DNA from: Gemmatimonadales bacterium
GTDB lineage: Bacteria; Gemmatimonadota; Gemmatimonadetes; Gemmatimonadales; GWC2-71-9
Assembly (NCBI GenBank): GCA_036262935.1
Contig: DATAHW010000108.1
Coordinates: forward strand, 23,958 to 87,957
Reading direction: 5' to 3'
DNA length: 64,000 nt
The stretch's first letter is position 1; each line of letters starts with the position of its first letter. Of the stretch, positions 49,744-59,268 are shown one piece after another. The translations under genes were made by a program, and so were the position numbers. Below the pieces are notes generated by a model, which saw only the letters and a list, made by a program, of their open reading frames with translations, was not told the DNA's origin and did not search any database.

Positions 49744-50642
49744 CCCGCATTCTGATCGGTGTCGATGTCGGAGGAACCAAGACCGCTGCCGCCGTGTCCG
49801 ACGGGGAGCGGATCGTGGCCCGGGCCGAAGGTCCCGGCGCCGCGGTGCGACCCGGTCGTGCGCTCGCGTCGGCGGGCGTCATCGCCGAGGTGGTGCGCCA
49901 GGCGCTCGCAAGCGCCGCGCGGCTCTCGGGCGACGTGCTCTACATCGGAGCCGCCGGCGCGGGCCGCGAGCCCGAGCGCGACGAGCTCCAGAAGGCGCTC
50001 CGCGCCGAGAACCTGGCCCCCACGGTCGTGGTGGCCACGGACATCGAGATCGCGCTCGCGGCCGCATTCGATGAGGCCCCCGGCATCGTCGTCAGCGCGG
50101 GCACCGGCAGTGTGGCGGTGGGCCGGGACCGCGCGGGGGTGCGCCACCGGATCGGCGGCTATGGCTGGCAGATGGGCGACGAAGGCAGCGGCTATGCGAT
50201 CGGGCGCGCCGCCCTCGGCGCGGTGAGCCGCGCGGCGGATGGCCGGAGCCCGCGGACCGGGCTGAGCGCACGGTTGCTGTCGGCCACCCGGAGCGACGAC
50301 TTCGACGCGCTCGTTCGCTGGGCAGCTACCGCCTCACCGGCCGAGGTGGCCGCGCTGGCTCCGCACGTGCTGGACGTGGCCGCGCAGGCGGACCCGCTGG
50401 CGCAGGGCATCGCCGATTACGCCGCGCGCGAGCTGACGCAGCTCGCCATCTGCCTGCTGCCGGTCATGGAAGTCGACCCGCCGGTGCCCGTGGCAGTGAC
50501 CGGCGGGCTGTTGTCATCCGACGGTCCGCTCCGGCGCAGCGTCCTGACCCGACTGCGGGAGGAGCCCGGGCTCACACCGGTGGAAGCACCGGTGGATGCC
50601 GTAGCGGGGGCGGTGAAGCTGGCGGAGCGCACCGGCCGCTGA
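49740..50642 (+). CDS. BadF/BadG/BcrA/BcrD-type ATPase, N-acetylglucosamine/MurNAc kinase-like
   Basis: The GTG at 49740 is in GTGA overlap with the permease stop. (M)TRILIGVDVGGTKT, SAGTGSVAVG and GGYGWQMGDEGSGYAIG motifs. 300 aa. Confidence 0.8.
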   Translation: MTRILIGVDVGGTKTAAAVSDGERIVARAEGPGAAVRPGRALASAGVIAEVVRQALASAARLSGDVLYIGAAGAGREPERDELQKALRAENLAPTVVVATDIEIALAAAFDEAPGIVVSAGTGSVAVGRDRAGVRHRIGGYGWQMGDEGSGYAIGRAALGAVSRAADGRSPRTGLSARLLSATRSDDFDALVRWAATASPAEVAALAPHVLDVAAQADPLAQGIADYAARELTQLAICLLPVMEVDPPVPVAVTGGLLSSDGPLRRSVLTRLREEPGLTPVEAPVDAVAGAVKLAERTGR

Positions 50643-50674
50643 GCGCCGGCGCGAACGTCGTCCCGCACGCCCCG

Positions 50675-52237
50675 TTACGCCGCCTCCTCGCTCCGCTCCG
50701 CCGCCGCGGCCGCCGCACGCAGGCGGCTGTGTCGCACCCCGTAGAAGAAGTAGACCACCAGCCCCAGCACCAGCCAGATCCCGAAACGGATCCAGGTCAC
50801 CCGCGGCAACTGGAACATCAGGTAGAGACACGCCACGATCGAGATCATCGGCGTCACCGGCACCCAGGGCGCGCGGAAGGGTCGCACCCGGTCCGGCTCC
50901 TGCCGCCGCAGCACGATCACACCGGCGGAGACCAGCACGAACGCGAACAGCGTCCCGATGTTGGTCAGGTCTACCACCTCGGCAATGTTGGCGAACGCCG
51001 CGAACACCGCCACGAACAGCCCCGTGAGAACCGTGCCGATGTAAGGCGTCTTGAACCGGGGATGCACCCGGGCGAGGAACGGTGGGAGCAGCCCGTCACG
51101 CGACATGGACATGAAGATTCGCGGTTGCCCAAGCTGGAACACCAGCAGCACGCTGCTCATCGCGATGACGGCGCCCAGCGAGACGATGAAACGCGAGATG
51201 GCCAGCAGCCGCGGCGAGCCGTCGGCCAGGGCGAGCGCGGTGATCATCGGCTCCGGGGTGCCGAGGCCCTGCCACGGAGCCATGCCGGTCATCACCAGCG
51301 ACAGCACGATGTACAGCACCGTGCAGACCACCAGGCTCATGATGATCCCGAACGGCATGTCGCGAGCGGGATCGCGCGCTTCCTCGGCCGCGGTGCTGGT
51401 GGCATCGAACCCGATGTAGCTGAAGAAAATGATCGCGGCGCCGGCGCTGATGCCCGCGAACCCGTTGGGCGCGAAGCCGCCAGTGGCCGGATTGTTCCAG
51501 TTCACCGGCTGGATGAGCGTGCTGCCGACCGCGCAGAAGAACAGGATGATGCCGATCTTGAGCACCACCATCGCGGTGTTCGAGTTGGCGCTCTCCTTGA
51601 TCCCGATCACCAGTACCACGGTGATGAGCGCGACGATCAGAAATGCCGGGAGATTGGCGATGAGCGGGACGCCCAGCACGTGCGGCGCGCTCGAGAGCGC
51701 GGACGCGAGATAGCGGCTGCTCGCGTCCGTGGCGCCCGCCGCCACCGCCTCCGCCGCCATGTGGGCCGACCGGTAGTCGGTCGCGAGCCAGGGCGGCAGG
51801 TGCAGCCCGAAGTGGGTGAGCAGCTCCCGGAAGTACCCCGACCACCCGATCGCCACGCCGATGTTCCCCACCGCGTACTCGATGATCAGGTCCCATCCGA
51901 TGATCCAGGCGACGAGCTCGCCCAGGGAGGCATAGGCGTATGTGTACGCCGAGCCGGAGATGGGCACCATGGCCGCGAACTCGGCGTAGCAGAGCGCCGC
52001 GAAGCCGCAGGTGAGCGCGGTGAGCAGGAACGAGAGCACGATTGCCGGCCCGGCGCCGGGCCGGACGGGATCGCCCACGATCGCCGTGCCGGTGGTGGCG
52101 AAGATGCCGGCGCCGATGGTGGCGCCGACGCCGAGCGCGGTCAGGTGCCACTTCCCGAGCGAGCGCTTGAGTCCGCCGCGCTCGAGGATGTCGTTCTCGC
52201 AGTCCTGTACCGATTTCCGGAGGAAGAGCCGGCTCAT
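50675..52237 (-). CDS. APC-superfamily amino acid permease (cationic amino acid transporter-like)
   Basis: 520 aa. LKRSLGKWHLTALGVGATIGAGIFATTG and AELVAWIIGWDLIIEY motifs, about 12-14 TM helices. Confidence 0.88.
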   Translation of the reverse strand: MSRLFLRKSVQDCENDILERGGLKRSLGKWHLTALGVGATIGAGIFATTGTAIVGDPVRPGAGPAIVLSFLLTALTCGFAALCYAEFAAMVPISGSAYTYAYASLGELVAWIIGWDLIIEYAVGNIGVAIGWSGYFRELLTHFGLHLPPWLATDYRSAHMAAEAVAAGATDASSRYLASALSSAPHVLGVPLIANLPAFLIVALITVVLVIGIKESANSNTAMVVLKIGIILFFCAVGSTLIQPVNWNNPATGGFAPNGFAGISAGAAIIFFSYIGFDATSTAAEEARDPARDMPFGIIMSLVVCTVLYIVLSLVMTGMAPWQGLGTPEPMITALALADGSPRLLAISRFIVSLGAVIAMSSVLLVFQLGQPRIFMSMSRDGLLPPFLARVHPRFKTPYIGTVLTGLFVAVFAAFANIAEVVDLTNIGTLFAFVLVSAGVIVLRRQEPDRVRPFRAPWVPVTPMISIVACLYLMFQLPRVTWIRFGIWLVLGLVVYFFYGVRHSRLRAAAAAAERSEEAA

Positions 52238-52272
52238 GAAGTCCTCAGCAAGGGAAGCGGCGGGCGGTGGAG

Positions 52273-53142
52273 TCAGGAATCGCGCTTGCCGGGCAGCGTG
52301 AACGTCACCGTCGTCGTCCCCGCCACTCGGCTGCCGTTCGGCGCCCGGGCAGGGGTGAATCGGAACGCGCGGATCACCTCGTCGAACTTGCGGGCGTAAT
52401 CGTGATCGCCGATCGCCGGGTCCACTTCATAGCGCTCCACCTGTCCGTCCACCCGGACCCAGAACGTCACGGCGAGCGACGCGCCGCGAAGCTCTTTCGG
52501 CGGCTTGTCGAAGGGAAGGGCAAAGTCGCGAAGTTCCGGCGGCCGGATCGATCCGCCTGTCCCGCCGCCTCCCGCTCCAGGCCCTGCGCCGGCGCCCTGT
52601 CCCGGGCCGATCCCCTGCCCTGCCCCACCGCCCACGCCTGCGCCTCTACCCGGACCCGCACCAGGCGGAGCATTCGCCGTGGACGGGGTAGCGGCCGCGG
52701 GGCCGCGCGCGGGCGGGTGGCTATCGACCGGCTGGGGCGGGGGTGCAGGGGGCTGGACCTCCGGCGGGGGCTTTGAAACGACGGGTGTGGGGGTGGGCGC
52801 CGGCTCGGGCCGCGGTCGCGGTGGCGCGACCGGCTGCGGCCGAGGCATCACCGGCTCGAGCGCCGGCGGCAGGGAAATATAGGCCACGCGGGAACCGCCG
52901 CCACCACCACCACTGCCCCCGCCGCCTCGCGCGAGCGACAGCGGCTGTCCCGGCGCCCCGGCGGGGGACCAGAGCCGCGCGCCGCCGAGAATCAGCCCGG
53001 CGGCCGCGAGCGCGTGCAGCAGCAGCGAGATCAGCAAGCCGCCGTAGCGGCGGCGCGGCGCCGGCAGCGCGAGATCCAGTGGGGCGGGCGCGCGCGCGGG
53101 GACCGACACTCGGTCCCCGCGCGTGTGTTCGCTGGTGCTCAC
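52273..53142 (-). CDS. TonB-family protein (membrane anchor, Pro/Gly-rich spacer, TonB C-terminal-like domain)
   Basis: N-terminal TM helix (GGLLISLLLHALAAAGLILG), a long P/G-rich region, and a C-terminal about 90-aa beta-rich domain (ASLAVTFWVRVDGQVERYEV...AFRFTPA). Confidence 0.65.
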   Translation of the reverse strand: MSTSEHTRGDRVSVPARAPAPLDLALPAPRRRYGGLLISLLLHALAAAGLILGGARLWSPAGAPGQPLSLARGGGGSGGGGGGSRVAYISLPPALEPVMPRPQPVAPPRPRPEPAPTPTPVVSKPPPEVQPPAPPPQPVDSHPPARGPAAATPSTANAPPGAGPGRGAGVGGGAGQGIGPGQGAGAGPGAGGGGTGGSIRPPELRDFALPFDKPPKELRGASLAVTFWVRVDGQVERYEVDPAIGDHDYARKFDEVIRAFRFTPARAPNGSRVAGTTTVTFTLPGKRDS

Positions 53143-53150
53143 GGCACCGC

Positions 53151-53573
53151 CTATTTCGCCGCGTTCACTTCCTGCGGCGTGAAGCCGATGATCTGGACCC
53201 CGGCCCCCCGAGCGACGTCCATCGCGTTGATGACGTCCTGGTAGATCCGGTTCGGCCCCGCCTTGATGAACAGCAGCTTGGCCGGGCGCTGGTCGTAGAT
53301 CGCGTGGATCTGTGTGTCCAACTGGTCCTTCGGCACCGGCTGGCCGTTGATGGCGTACCCGCCGTCATCCGTCAGCTCCAGCACGATCTGGCTGGGTGGC
53401 GTCTTGGACACGGTCGGCGGCTCCGGTGGTGGAACCTGGACATCCATCGCCATCCTGGAGAGCGGCTGCGTGATCATGAAGATGATCAGCAGCACCAGCA
53501 GGATGTCGATCATGGGCACCACGTTGGGCTCGGAGCTGACGGTGCCGCGTCCTCCCGATGACATGCCTGCCAT
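53151..53573 (-). CDS. exbD: ExbD/TolR biopolymer transport protein
   Basis: NVVPMIDILLVLLIIFMI plus the C-terminal KAGPNRIYQDVINAMDVARGAG pattern. Confidence 0.85.
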   Translation of the reverse strand: MAGMSSGGRGTVSSEPNVVPMIDILLVLLIIFMITQPLSRMAMDVQVPPPEPPTVSKTPPSQIVLELTDDGGYAINGQPVPKDQLDTQIHAIYDQRPAKLLFIKAGPNRIYQDVINAMDVARGAGVQIIGFTPQEVNAAK

Positions 53574-53574
53574 G

Positions 53575-54033
53575 TCAGTGCTTCTCCTTGTTCTTGTCGT
53601 CCGAGAAGAGCGCCCGCGAGCTCGGCTCCGTGATGGCCGCCATGACCCGCACGCCCGCCTGGCGCGCCGTCTCGACCGCCTCCTGCACCTTGGAGTACTT
53701 CAGCTTGTTGTCGGCCTTGAAGTACAGGATCTTGTCCTCGCTGCGCGCGGCGTAGATCGAGCGGAGCTGGTCCTGCAGCGTCCCCGCCGCGATGGCACGC
53801 CCGTTGAGGAAGTACCGCCCGGCCTCGTCGATACCGAGCACGACCTCGTTGTCGCCTTCCGGCCGAGGGTCGAGGTTCTTCCCCTTCGGCAGCGTGGCCT
53901 TGAAGCCCGCCGCGATGAGCGGCGTCACGATCATGAAGATGATCAGCAGCACCAGCATGATGTCGATCATCGGCACCACGTTCGGCTCCGACCGGACGGA
54001 GGTCTGTCCGGTCTGCCCGACTGAGATCGCCAT
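53575..54033 (-). CDS. exbD: ExbD/TolR biopolymer transport protein (second copy)
   Basis: NVVPMIDIMLVLLIIFMI and KADNKLKYSKVQEAVETARQAGV. Confidence 0.85.
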   Translation of the reverse strand: MAISVGQTGQTSVRSEPNVVPMIDIMLVLLIIFMIVTPLIAAGFKATLPKGKNLDPRPEGDNEVVLGIDEAGRYFLNGRAIAAGTLQDQLRSIYAARSEDKILYFKADNKLKYSKVQEAVETARQAGVRVMAAITEPSSRALFSDDKNKEKH

Positions 54034-54067
54034 GGGCTAGCTCCTTCCCGTCGTGAAGGGGCCGGCG

Positions 54068-54817
54068 TCAGCCCGAGATCTGGCCACTGCCGGTCACCGC
54101 CTTCTGGGCCTGGAACTCCTTCGTGAAGATCGAGCGGCCGAACTCGCTGCCGACGCTCTTGATCAGATAGTCGATCAGCTCCTTGGAGCCGTACGTCATC
54201 TCGACCGAGAGGTTCTCGATCTTGGTCGTGAAGTAGTTGTAGGCCCACACCGCCGGAATGGCCACCAGCAGGCCGAGCGCGGTGGTAATCAGCGCCTCGG
54301 CGATACCGGCCGAGATGCCGGCCAGGCCACCGGACGCGCCCTGGGCCGCCATGCCCGTGAACGCGTTGATGATGCCCATCGTGGTGCCCAGCAGGCCGAC
54401 GAACGGCGCCGTGGCGCCCACCGTCGCCAGGATGCCGGTGCCGCGCTTGAGCTCCGACAGCACGATCAGCATCTGGCGCTCGACCGCGCGCTCGGCGGAG
54501 TTGATGTCGGCCGCGGTGATGGTGGCGCGATCGCGCAGGAGCGGCTTGACCTCGAAGAGCGCCTCACCCACCACGCGGGCCAGGTGACTCTTCTTGTTCT
54601 TTTCGGCCAGCGAGATGGCCTGGTCGAGGTTCTCCTCCTGGATGGCGCGGGAGAACTGGGGCGCGAAGACCCGGGTGGCTCGCTGGGTCCGGGCGAAGCT
54701 GATCCACTTCGTGATCATCACGGTGAGCGACCAGATGGACATGATGGCGAGCACGAAGACGATGAACTTGGCGAACCAGCCCATCGTGTGCCAGAGCGTG
54801 ATCAGATCGAGATTCAT
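54068..54817 (-). CDS. exbB: MotA/TolQ/ExbB proton-channel protein
   Basis: 249 aa. LATVGATAPFVGLLGTTMGIINAF...GIAEALITTALGLLVAIPA is the family signature. Confidence 0.9.
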   Translation of the reverse strand: MNLDLITLWHTMGWFAKFIVFVLAIMSIWSLTVMITKWISFARTQRATRVFAPQFSRAIQEENLDQAISLAEKNKKSHLARVVGEALFEVKPLLRDRATITAADINSAERAVERQMLIVLSELKRGTGILATVGATAPFVGLLGTTMGIINAFTGMAAQGASGGLAGISAGIAEALITTALGLLVAIPAVWAYNYFTTKIENLSVEMTYGSKELIDYLIKSVGSEFGRSIFTKEFQAQKAVTGSGQISG

Positions 54818-54842
54818 GTTCTCTCCTCAGGAGATCGAGTCA

Positions 54843-55547
54843 CTACTGCCCGACTTTGAACGAGATGCGCTGCTGAACCAGTTGCCGGACCGGCTGTCCC
54901 TTGAACTTGGCCGGCTTGAACACGCCCTTGGTGATGGCCTCCTTGGCCGGCTCGACGAACGCCGGGTGCGTCGTCTTCAACACCTTGAAGGAGTTCGGCT
55001 CGGCGTGGCCGGTGGTGTCCACCACGTACTGCAGATCCACGGACCCCGCGATCCCGGCGCTCTGGAGCACCGGCGGGTAGCGCGGCGTGGGAATCGAGAT
55101 GGGCTGCACCGGGTCGTCGAGCTGCGCCTCCAGGAACACCTCGCCCGAGACCACCGGCGCCGTGCCGCCCACGATGCCCTTCGCGATCCCGCCCTCGACA
55201 CCCTTGCCCGTGAAGTCCTTCGGATCGAACGGCTTCTGGTCGAGGTCGACCGGCGGAATGTCCTTCGGGATATCGGTCGGCGCCACCACCGTCTGGAAGC
55301 CCTTGGGCGGCGGGTTCGCGCTCACCACGACGTCCGGCGGAGGCTGCTCCGGCGGCGGCGGCGGCGGGGGCGGCGGCTTCAGGAACACCATGGTGGTGTC
55401 CACGGGCCGATTGGTCATGGTCTCGGCGACGCCTTGGGTCGCCTTCACCGCGGCGAAGATCAGGGCACCGTGCACGAGCACCGACACCGCCGTCTGTCCC
55501 ACCGTCCGCTTGGACTTCTGCTTCGATTCGATCAGGTTCTCGAACAC
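54843..55547 (-). CDS. tonB: TonB energy transducer
   Basis: GTG at 55547 behind a GGAGG Shine-Dalgarno. (M)FENLIESKQKSKRT..., TM helix, PPPPPPPPPEQPPP spacer, and C-terminal domain YPPVLQSAGIAGSVDLQYVVDTTG...AKFKGQPV. The upstream 102 aa of the track ORF were discarded. Confidence 0.8.
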   Translation of the reverse strand: MFENLIESKQKSKRTVGQTAVSVLVHGALIFAAVKATQGVAETMTNRPVDTTMVFLKPPPPPPPPPEQPPPDVVVSANPPPKGFQTVVAPTDIPKDIPPVDLDQKPFDPKDFTGKGVEGGIAKGIVGGTAPVVSGEVFLEAQLDDPVQPISIPTPRYPPVLQSAGIAGSVDLQYVVDTTGHAEPNSFKVLKTTHPAFVEPAKEAITKGVFKPAKFKGQPVRQLVQQRISFKVGQ

Positions 55548-55647
55548 GCAACTACCTCCATGAAGGGAGGGTGATCGTGCCGAGCATACTAGCACCCGAC
55601 CGATGGCATCTCCGTAGCCCGAAGATGACAATTCCATGTCAGTCGAA

Positions 55648-57096
55648 TTAACCGTTCGGTGTCGTCGCGCGGGGAAGCCGCACCGTGAAACTCGTGCCTC
55701 GCCCGGGCCGGCTCTGCACCGTGATGGAGCCGCCGTGCGCTTCGGCGATCCACTTTGTGATGGATAGCCCGAGCCCGGTGCCGGGCCGCTCTCCGGTGCG
55801 GGAGCGCGCGGGATCGGCCCGCCAGAACCGCTCGAAAATGTGAGGCAGATCACCAGGCGCGATCCCGATGCCCGTATCGCGTACCATCAGGCTCACGGCA
55901 TCGCTCCGCTCGGTGAGCGTCAGGTCGACCGTGCCGCCCTTTCGGGTGTACTTGATGGCATTGGTCACCAGGTTGAGCAGCATCTCCCGGATCCGGTGCG
56001 GGTCCACGGCCAGCAGTACGGGCTGGTCCGGCATGCTGCTGGTCACCGTGATTCCCGCGCTCTCCCCCAGCATGCCCGCGGTCTCGGTGACGTCCGCCAG
56101 CAGGTCGCGGAGATCCGATTCCTCCACCGCCAGCGGCGCCCGGCCCTCGTCGGCTCGCGCCAGCGTGAGCAGGCTCTCCACCAATTCGGTCATCTCGTTG
56201 ATCTGCGCCAGCGTTTCGTCCAGCGACTGCATGATCTCGCCGGGCACGCCCGGGTGCACCAGCGCGCGCTCCACGCCCGCCCGGAGCACCATGAGCGGCG
56301 TCTTGAGCTCGTGGCTCGCATCGGCAGTGAACCGGTGCAGGCTCGCGAAGCTCTGCTCCAGCCGGGCCAGCATCCCGTTCACGGTGAGGGCGAGGCGCGA
56401 CATCTCGTCGCCCGAGAGCGGCACGGCGAGGCGCCGGTGAAGGCTGGTGCCGTCCGAGATGGCGTCCACCTCGTCCATGATCCCCTGTACCGGCCGAAGC
56501 GCCGTGCCCGCGAGCCAGTATCCGATCAGTCCCGCGGCGGCGAGGATGAGCGGCGCGATGATGATCATCGATCGCAGCAACTGCGCCGGGCCGAGGGCGG
56601 CCTGGGCGATTGGCGTGGCCACGAGCAGCCCGCCGATCTCGGGGCCGGCCGCCTCCACCCGGACGGCGAGGTAGCGCGCGCGCCCGCCCTCGCCCAGCGA
56701 CAGCGAGCCCGCGCGCTTGGGCAGCCGGAGCGAGTCGAGCGGTCCGGTGAGGCTCTCGAGCGCATCGGCGCTCAGCGTGCGGGCGGCCTCGGAGAGCGCC
56801 AGGACCTTGCCGGTGGTGTCGGTCACCACCAGGTAGTCGCGCACCGCCTCGAGATACGCGCTGATGCCGGGGTCGAGCGAGGGACTGGTGCCCGCGGTGG
56901 TCACGATCCGCCCGAGCACGTTGTAGGACTCGCTGAGCCAGCGGGTGGCCAGGTCCGCCTCGAGCGCCAGCCGCTGGTCCAGCTCCCGCAGGCTGGATTG
57001 CCGGCGCTCGAGGTAGAGCAGTCCGCCGAAGGTCAGCACCGTCACGCCGAGCGCGACCGTGTACCACACGGTGAGCCGCGACCGGATCGTGTTCAC
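55648..57096 (-). CDS. sensor histidine kinase (2 TM, HAMP, HisKA, HATPase_c)
   Basis: H-box FTADASHELKTPL, N-box LLNLVTNAIKYT, G-boxes RDTGIGI and GTGLGLSI. 482 aa. Confidence 0.85.
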   Translation of the reverse strand: MNTIRSRLTVWYTVALGVTVLTFGGLLYLERRQSSLRELDQRLALEADLATRWLSESYNVLGRIVTTAGTSPSLDPGISAYLEAVRDYLVVTDTTGKVLALSEAARTLSADALESLTGPLDSLRLPKRAGSLSLGEGGRARYLAVRVEAAGPEIGGLLVATPIAQAALGPAQLLRSMIIIAPLILAAAGLIGYWLAGTALRPVQGIMDEVDAISDGTSLHRRLAVPLSGDEMSRLALTVNGMLARLEQSFASLHRFTADASHELKTPLMVLRAGVERALVHPGVPGEIMQSLDETLAQINEMTELVESLLTLARADEGRAPLAVEESDLRDLLADVTETAGMLGESAGITVTSSMPDQPVLLAVDPHRIREMLLNLVTNAIKYTRKGGTVDLTLTERSDAVSLMVRDTGIGIAPGDLPHIFERFWRADPARSRTGERPGTGLGLSITKWIAEAHGGSITVQSRPGRGTSFTVRLPRATTPNG

Positions 57097-57097
57097 C

Positions 57098-57766
57098 TCA
57101 GACTCTCACAACGTACCCGACGCCGCGCACCGTGTGCACCAGCTTCTGCGCCTGGCCCGAGTCCACCTTCTTGCGGAGCCGGTTGATGACCACGTCCACG
57201 ATGTTGGTGCCCGGATCGAAGTGGTAGTCCCACGCATATTCCGTGATGAGCGTGCGGGACATGACCCGTCCCGCGTGGCGCATCAGGTACTCGAGGACGG
57301 TGTACTCCTTGGGGGTGAGATCGATCCGCTCTCCCGCCCGGTGGACCTCCCTCGTCGCGGTGTCCAGCTCGAGCTCGCCCACCCGGAGCACCGGGTCCTG
57401 GATCGCCTGCGGACGCCGTCCGAGCGCCTCGACGCGCGCCAGGAGCTCCTCGAAGGCGAACGGCTTGGTGACGTAATCGTCCGCCCCCGAGCGGAGCGCC
57501 TGCACCTTGAAGTCGACCGCGTCCTGCGCGGTCAGCACCAGGATCGGCGTAGTGGTGCCGCGGTCCCGCAGGGTGCGGAGGACTTCCAGGCCGCTCATCC
57601 CCGGCAGCCGGAGATCGAGCACGAGCAGATCGTAGTGGCCGCCGGAGGCGAGCCGCAGCCCTTCCATCCCGTCGTCCACCAGGTCCGCCTGGTAGTGGTG
57701 CTCCTCCAGCCCCCGCTTGACGTACTGGCCGACGGTGCGGTCGTCCTCGATCACCAGGATCTTCAT
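57098..57766 (-). CDS. OmpR/PhoB-family response regulator
   Basis: MKILVIEDD...LLVLDLRLPGMSG...TKPF receiver domain plus a winged-helix C-terminus (LTPKEYTVLEYLM...VRGVGY). ATGA overlap with the upstream kinase stop. Confidence 0.92.
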   Translation of the reverse strand: MKILVIEDDRTVGQYVKRGLEEHHYQADLVDDGMEGLRLASGGHYDLLVLDLRLPGMSGLEVLRTLRDRGTTTPILVLTAQDAVDFKVQALRSGADDYVTKPFAFEELLARVEALGRRPQAIQDPVLRVGELELDTATREVHRAGERIDLTPKEYTVLEYLMRHAGRVMSRTLITEYAWDYHFDPGTNIVDVVINRLRKKVDSGQAQKLVHTVRGVGYVVRV

Positions 57767-59268
57767 GCGTGTACCGGAAGGTGGACCCGGAAGCGGGTGC
57801 CGCGTCCGGGGGCGCTGTCCACCTCGATGCGGCCGCGGTGGTCGGCTACGATGCCGTAGCAGATCGACAGGCCGAGGCCGGTGCCGCGGCCGGGTGGCTT
57901 GGTGGTGTAGAACGGCTCGAAGATCCTGCTCTGCTCCGCCGGCGGGATGCCGGCGCCGGTGTCCTCGATCTCCACGACGACCTCGTCCGGGCGGCCGGGG
58001 CTCGGCCCGGTGCGGACGGTCAGCTGGCCGCCCTGTTCCATCGCGTCGAGCGCGTTGAGCATGAGCGCCATCAGCACCTGAATGAGCTGTTCCTGGCTCC
58101 CGATCGTCTCCGGCAGCCCGGGCGCGAGCGCGCGCGCCACCTGCAGCCGCTTGAAGCGCTGGTGGTGCTTGAGGAGAAAGAGCGTCTCCTCGACCAGGGC
58201 GTTGAGCGCGATCGGCCGCCGGGGCGTCGGCTTCGGCCGGCTGAAATCGAGCAACCCGTCGACGATCCGGGTGCAGCGGTCCACCTCGCGGTCGATGATC
58301 TCGAGATACTCCCCCACCGGCCCCTCCATGCCCGCCCCCGCCAGCCGGCCCTCGATGGCGGCCACGCACGCGCTGATCGTGGCCAGGGGATTGTTGATCT
58401 CGTGCATGACGCCCGCGGCGAGCTGTCCGATGGCCGCGAGCTTCTCGCGCTGCAGGATCTGCCCGTGGACCCGGTGCCACTCCGTCACGTCCTCGCCGAT
58501 GGTGATGACGTGGGTGATCGCGTCCCCGTCGAGCCGCATCGGGATCTTGCTCAGCCGGAAGAACCGTGCTTCGCCGGCCAGCCGAACCTCCTGTTCCGTC
58601 TGCTGGATCTCACCCGTCTCGAACACGCGATCGAATTCGGCGCGGAGCTGCTCGGCCGGCTGCCGCGTGAGTACGTCGAACACCGGCCGGCCGACGACAT
58701 CGTCGCGGCGCAGCCCCTGGGTGCCCGTCTCCCGCTTGCGGTTCCAGCTCTGGATGCGGTAGTCGCGATCCACCACGTAGAGGCCGAGCGGCAGGCTGTC
58801 CACGATCAGGCTGGTGAACCGGCGGTGCTCCTCGATCTCGCGCGACTGCGCCGCGACCTCGCCCGCGAGATCGGCCGAGAGCTCCACCGCGGCCAGGTAT
58901 GGCGAAAGGAAATCGGCCACGATCGCCAGCACCTGGCGCCCGGACGCACCCGGCGATGCGCTCTCGCCCACCTGGGCCTCCAGCAGGCCGAGCCGCGTGC
59001 CCTCGTGCTCGAGCGGCAGCCGGCACCACCCTGCGCCGAGCGGCAGCGCGTCGGGGGAGCGGATCCCGTCCTTCGGTCCCGGCGCCGCCGGGACCTGCAC
59101 GGGGCGGAAGACCGGCGTGGCGGTGTCGCGAAACCAGACCGCCACCGCCGCCGCCGGCAGCCCCTCGCGCAGGGTTTCGGCGATGGCGGTGAGCGTCGCC
59201 TCGGTCCCGAGCCCCTGGTTGAGGAGCCGGGCGACGGCTCCGACCAGGGCGAGGTCAGCGCGGCTCAC
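57763..59268 (-). CDS. cytoplasmic sensor histidine kinase (GAF-like N-terminus, PAS, HisKA, HATPase_c)
   Basis: No TM helices. PAS core (IVDSLPLGLYVVDRDYRIQSWN), H-box MHEINNPLATI, N-box LMLNALDAM, G-boxes DTGAGI and GTGLGLSI. Confidence 0.85.
   Translation of the reverse strand: MSRADLALVGAVARLLNQGLGTEATLTAIAETLREGLPAAAVAVWFRDTATPVFRPVQVPAAPGPKDGIRSPDALPLGAGWCRLPLEHEGTRLGLLEAQVGESASPGASGRQVLAIVADFLSPYLAAVELSADLAGEVAAQSREIEEHRRFTSLIVDSLPLGLYVVDRDYRIQSWNRKRETGTQGLRRDDVVGRPVFDVLTRQPAEQLRAEFDRVFETGEIQQTEQEVRLAGEARFFRLSKIPMRLDGDAITHVITIGEDVTEWHRVHGQILQREKLAAIGQLAAGVMHEINNPLATISACVAAIEGRLAGAGMEGPVGEYLEIIDREVDRCTRIVDGLLDFSRPKPTPRRPIALNALVEETLFLLKHHQRFKRLQVARALAPGLPETIGSQEQLIQVLMALMLNALDAMEQGGQLTVRTGPSPGRPDEVVVEIEDTGAGIPPAEQSRIFEPFYTTKPPGRGTGLGLSICYGIVADHRGRIEVDSAPGRGTRFRVHLPVHA

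Noticed and set aside
50643-50674. Terminator between the convergent kinase and APC permease genes
   Set aside because: Only a 10-bp GCGCCGGCGC palindrome is present, with no loop or U-tract. It is not a convincing terminator.
55548-55853. N-terminal 102 aa of track ORF 54843..55853 (and the internal MELSSSGYG... start) as part of TonB
   Set aside because: The composition is junk-like (S/G/P/R-rich). The GTG at 55547 has a GGAGG Shine-Dalgarno at ideal spacing and gives a typical TonB N-terminus followed directly by the TM helix.
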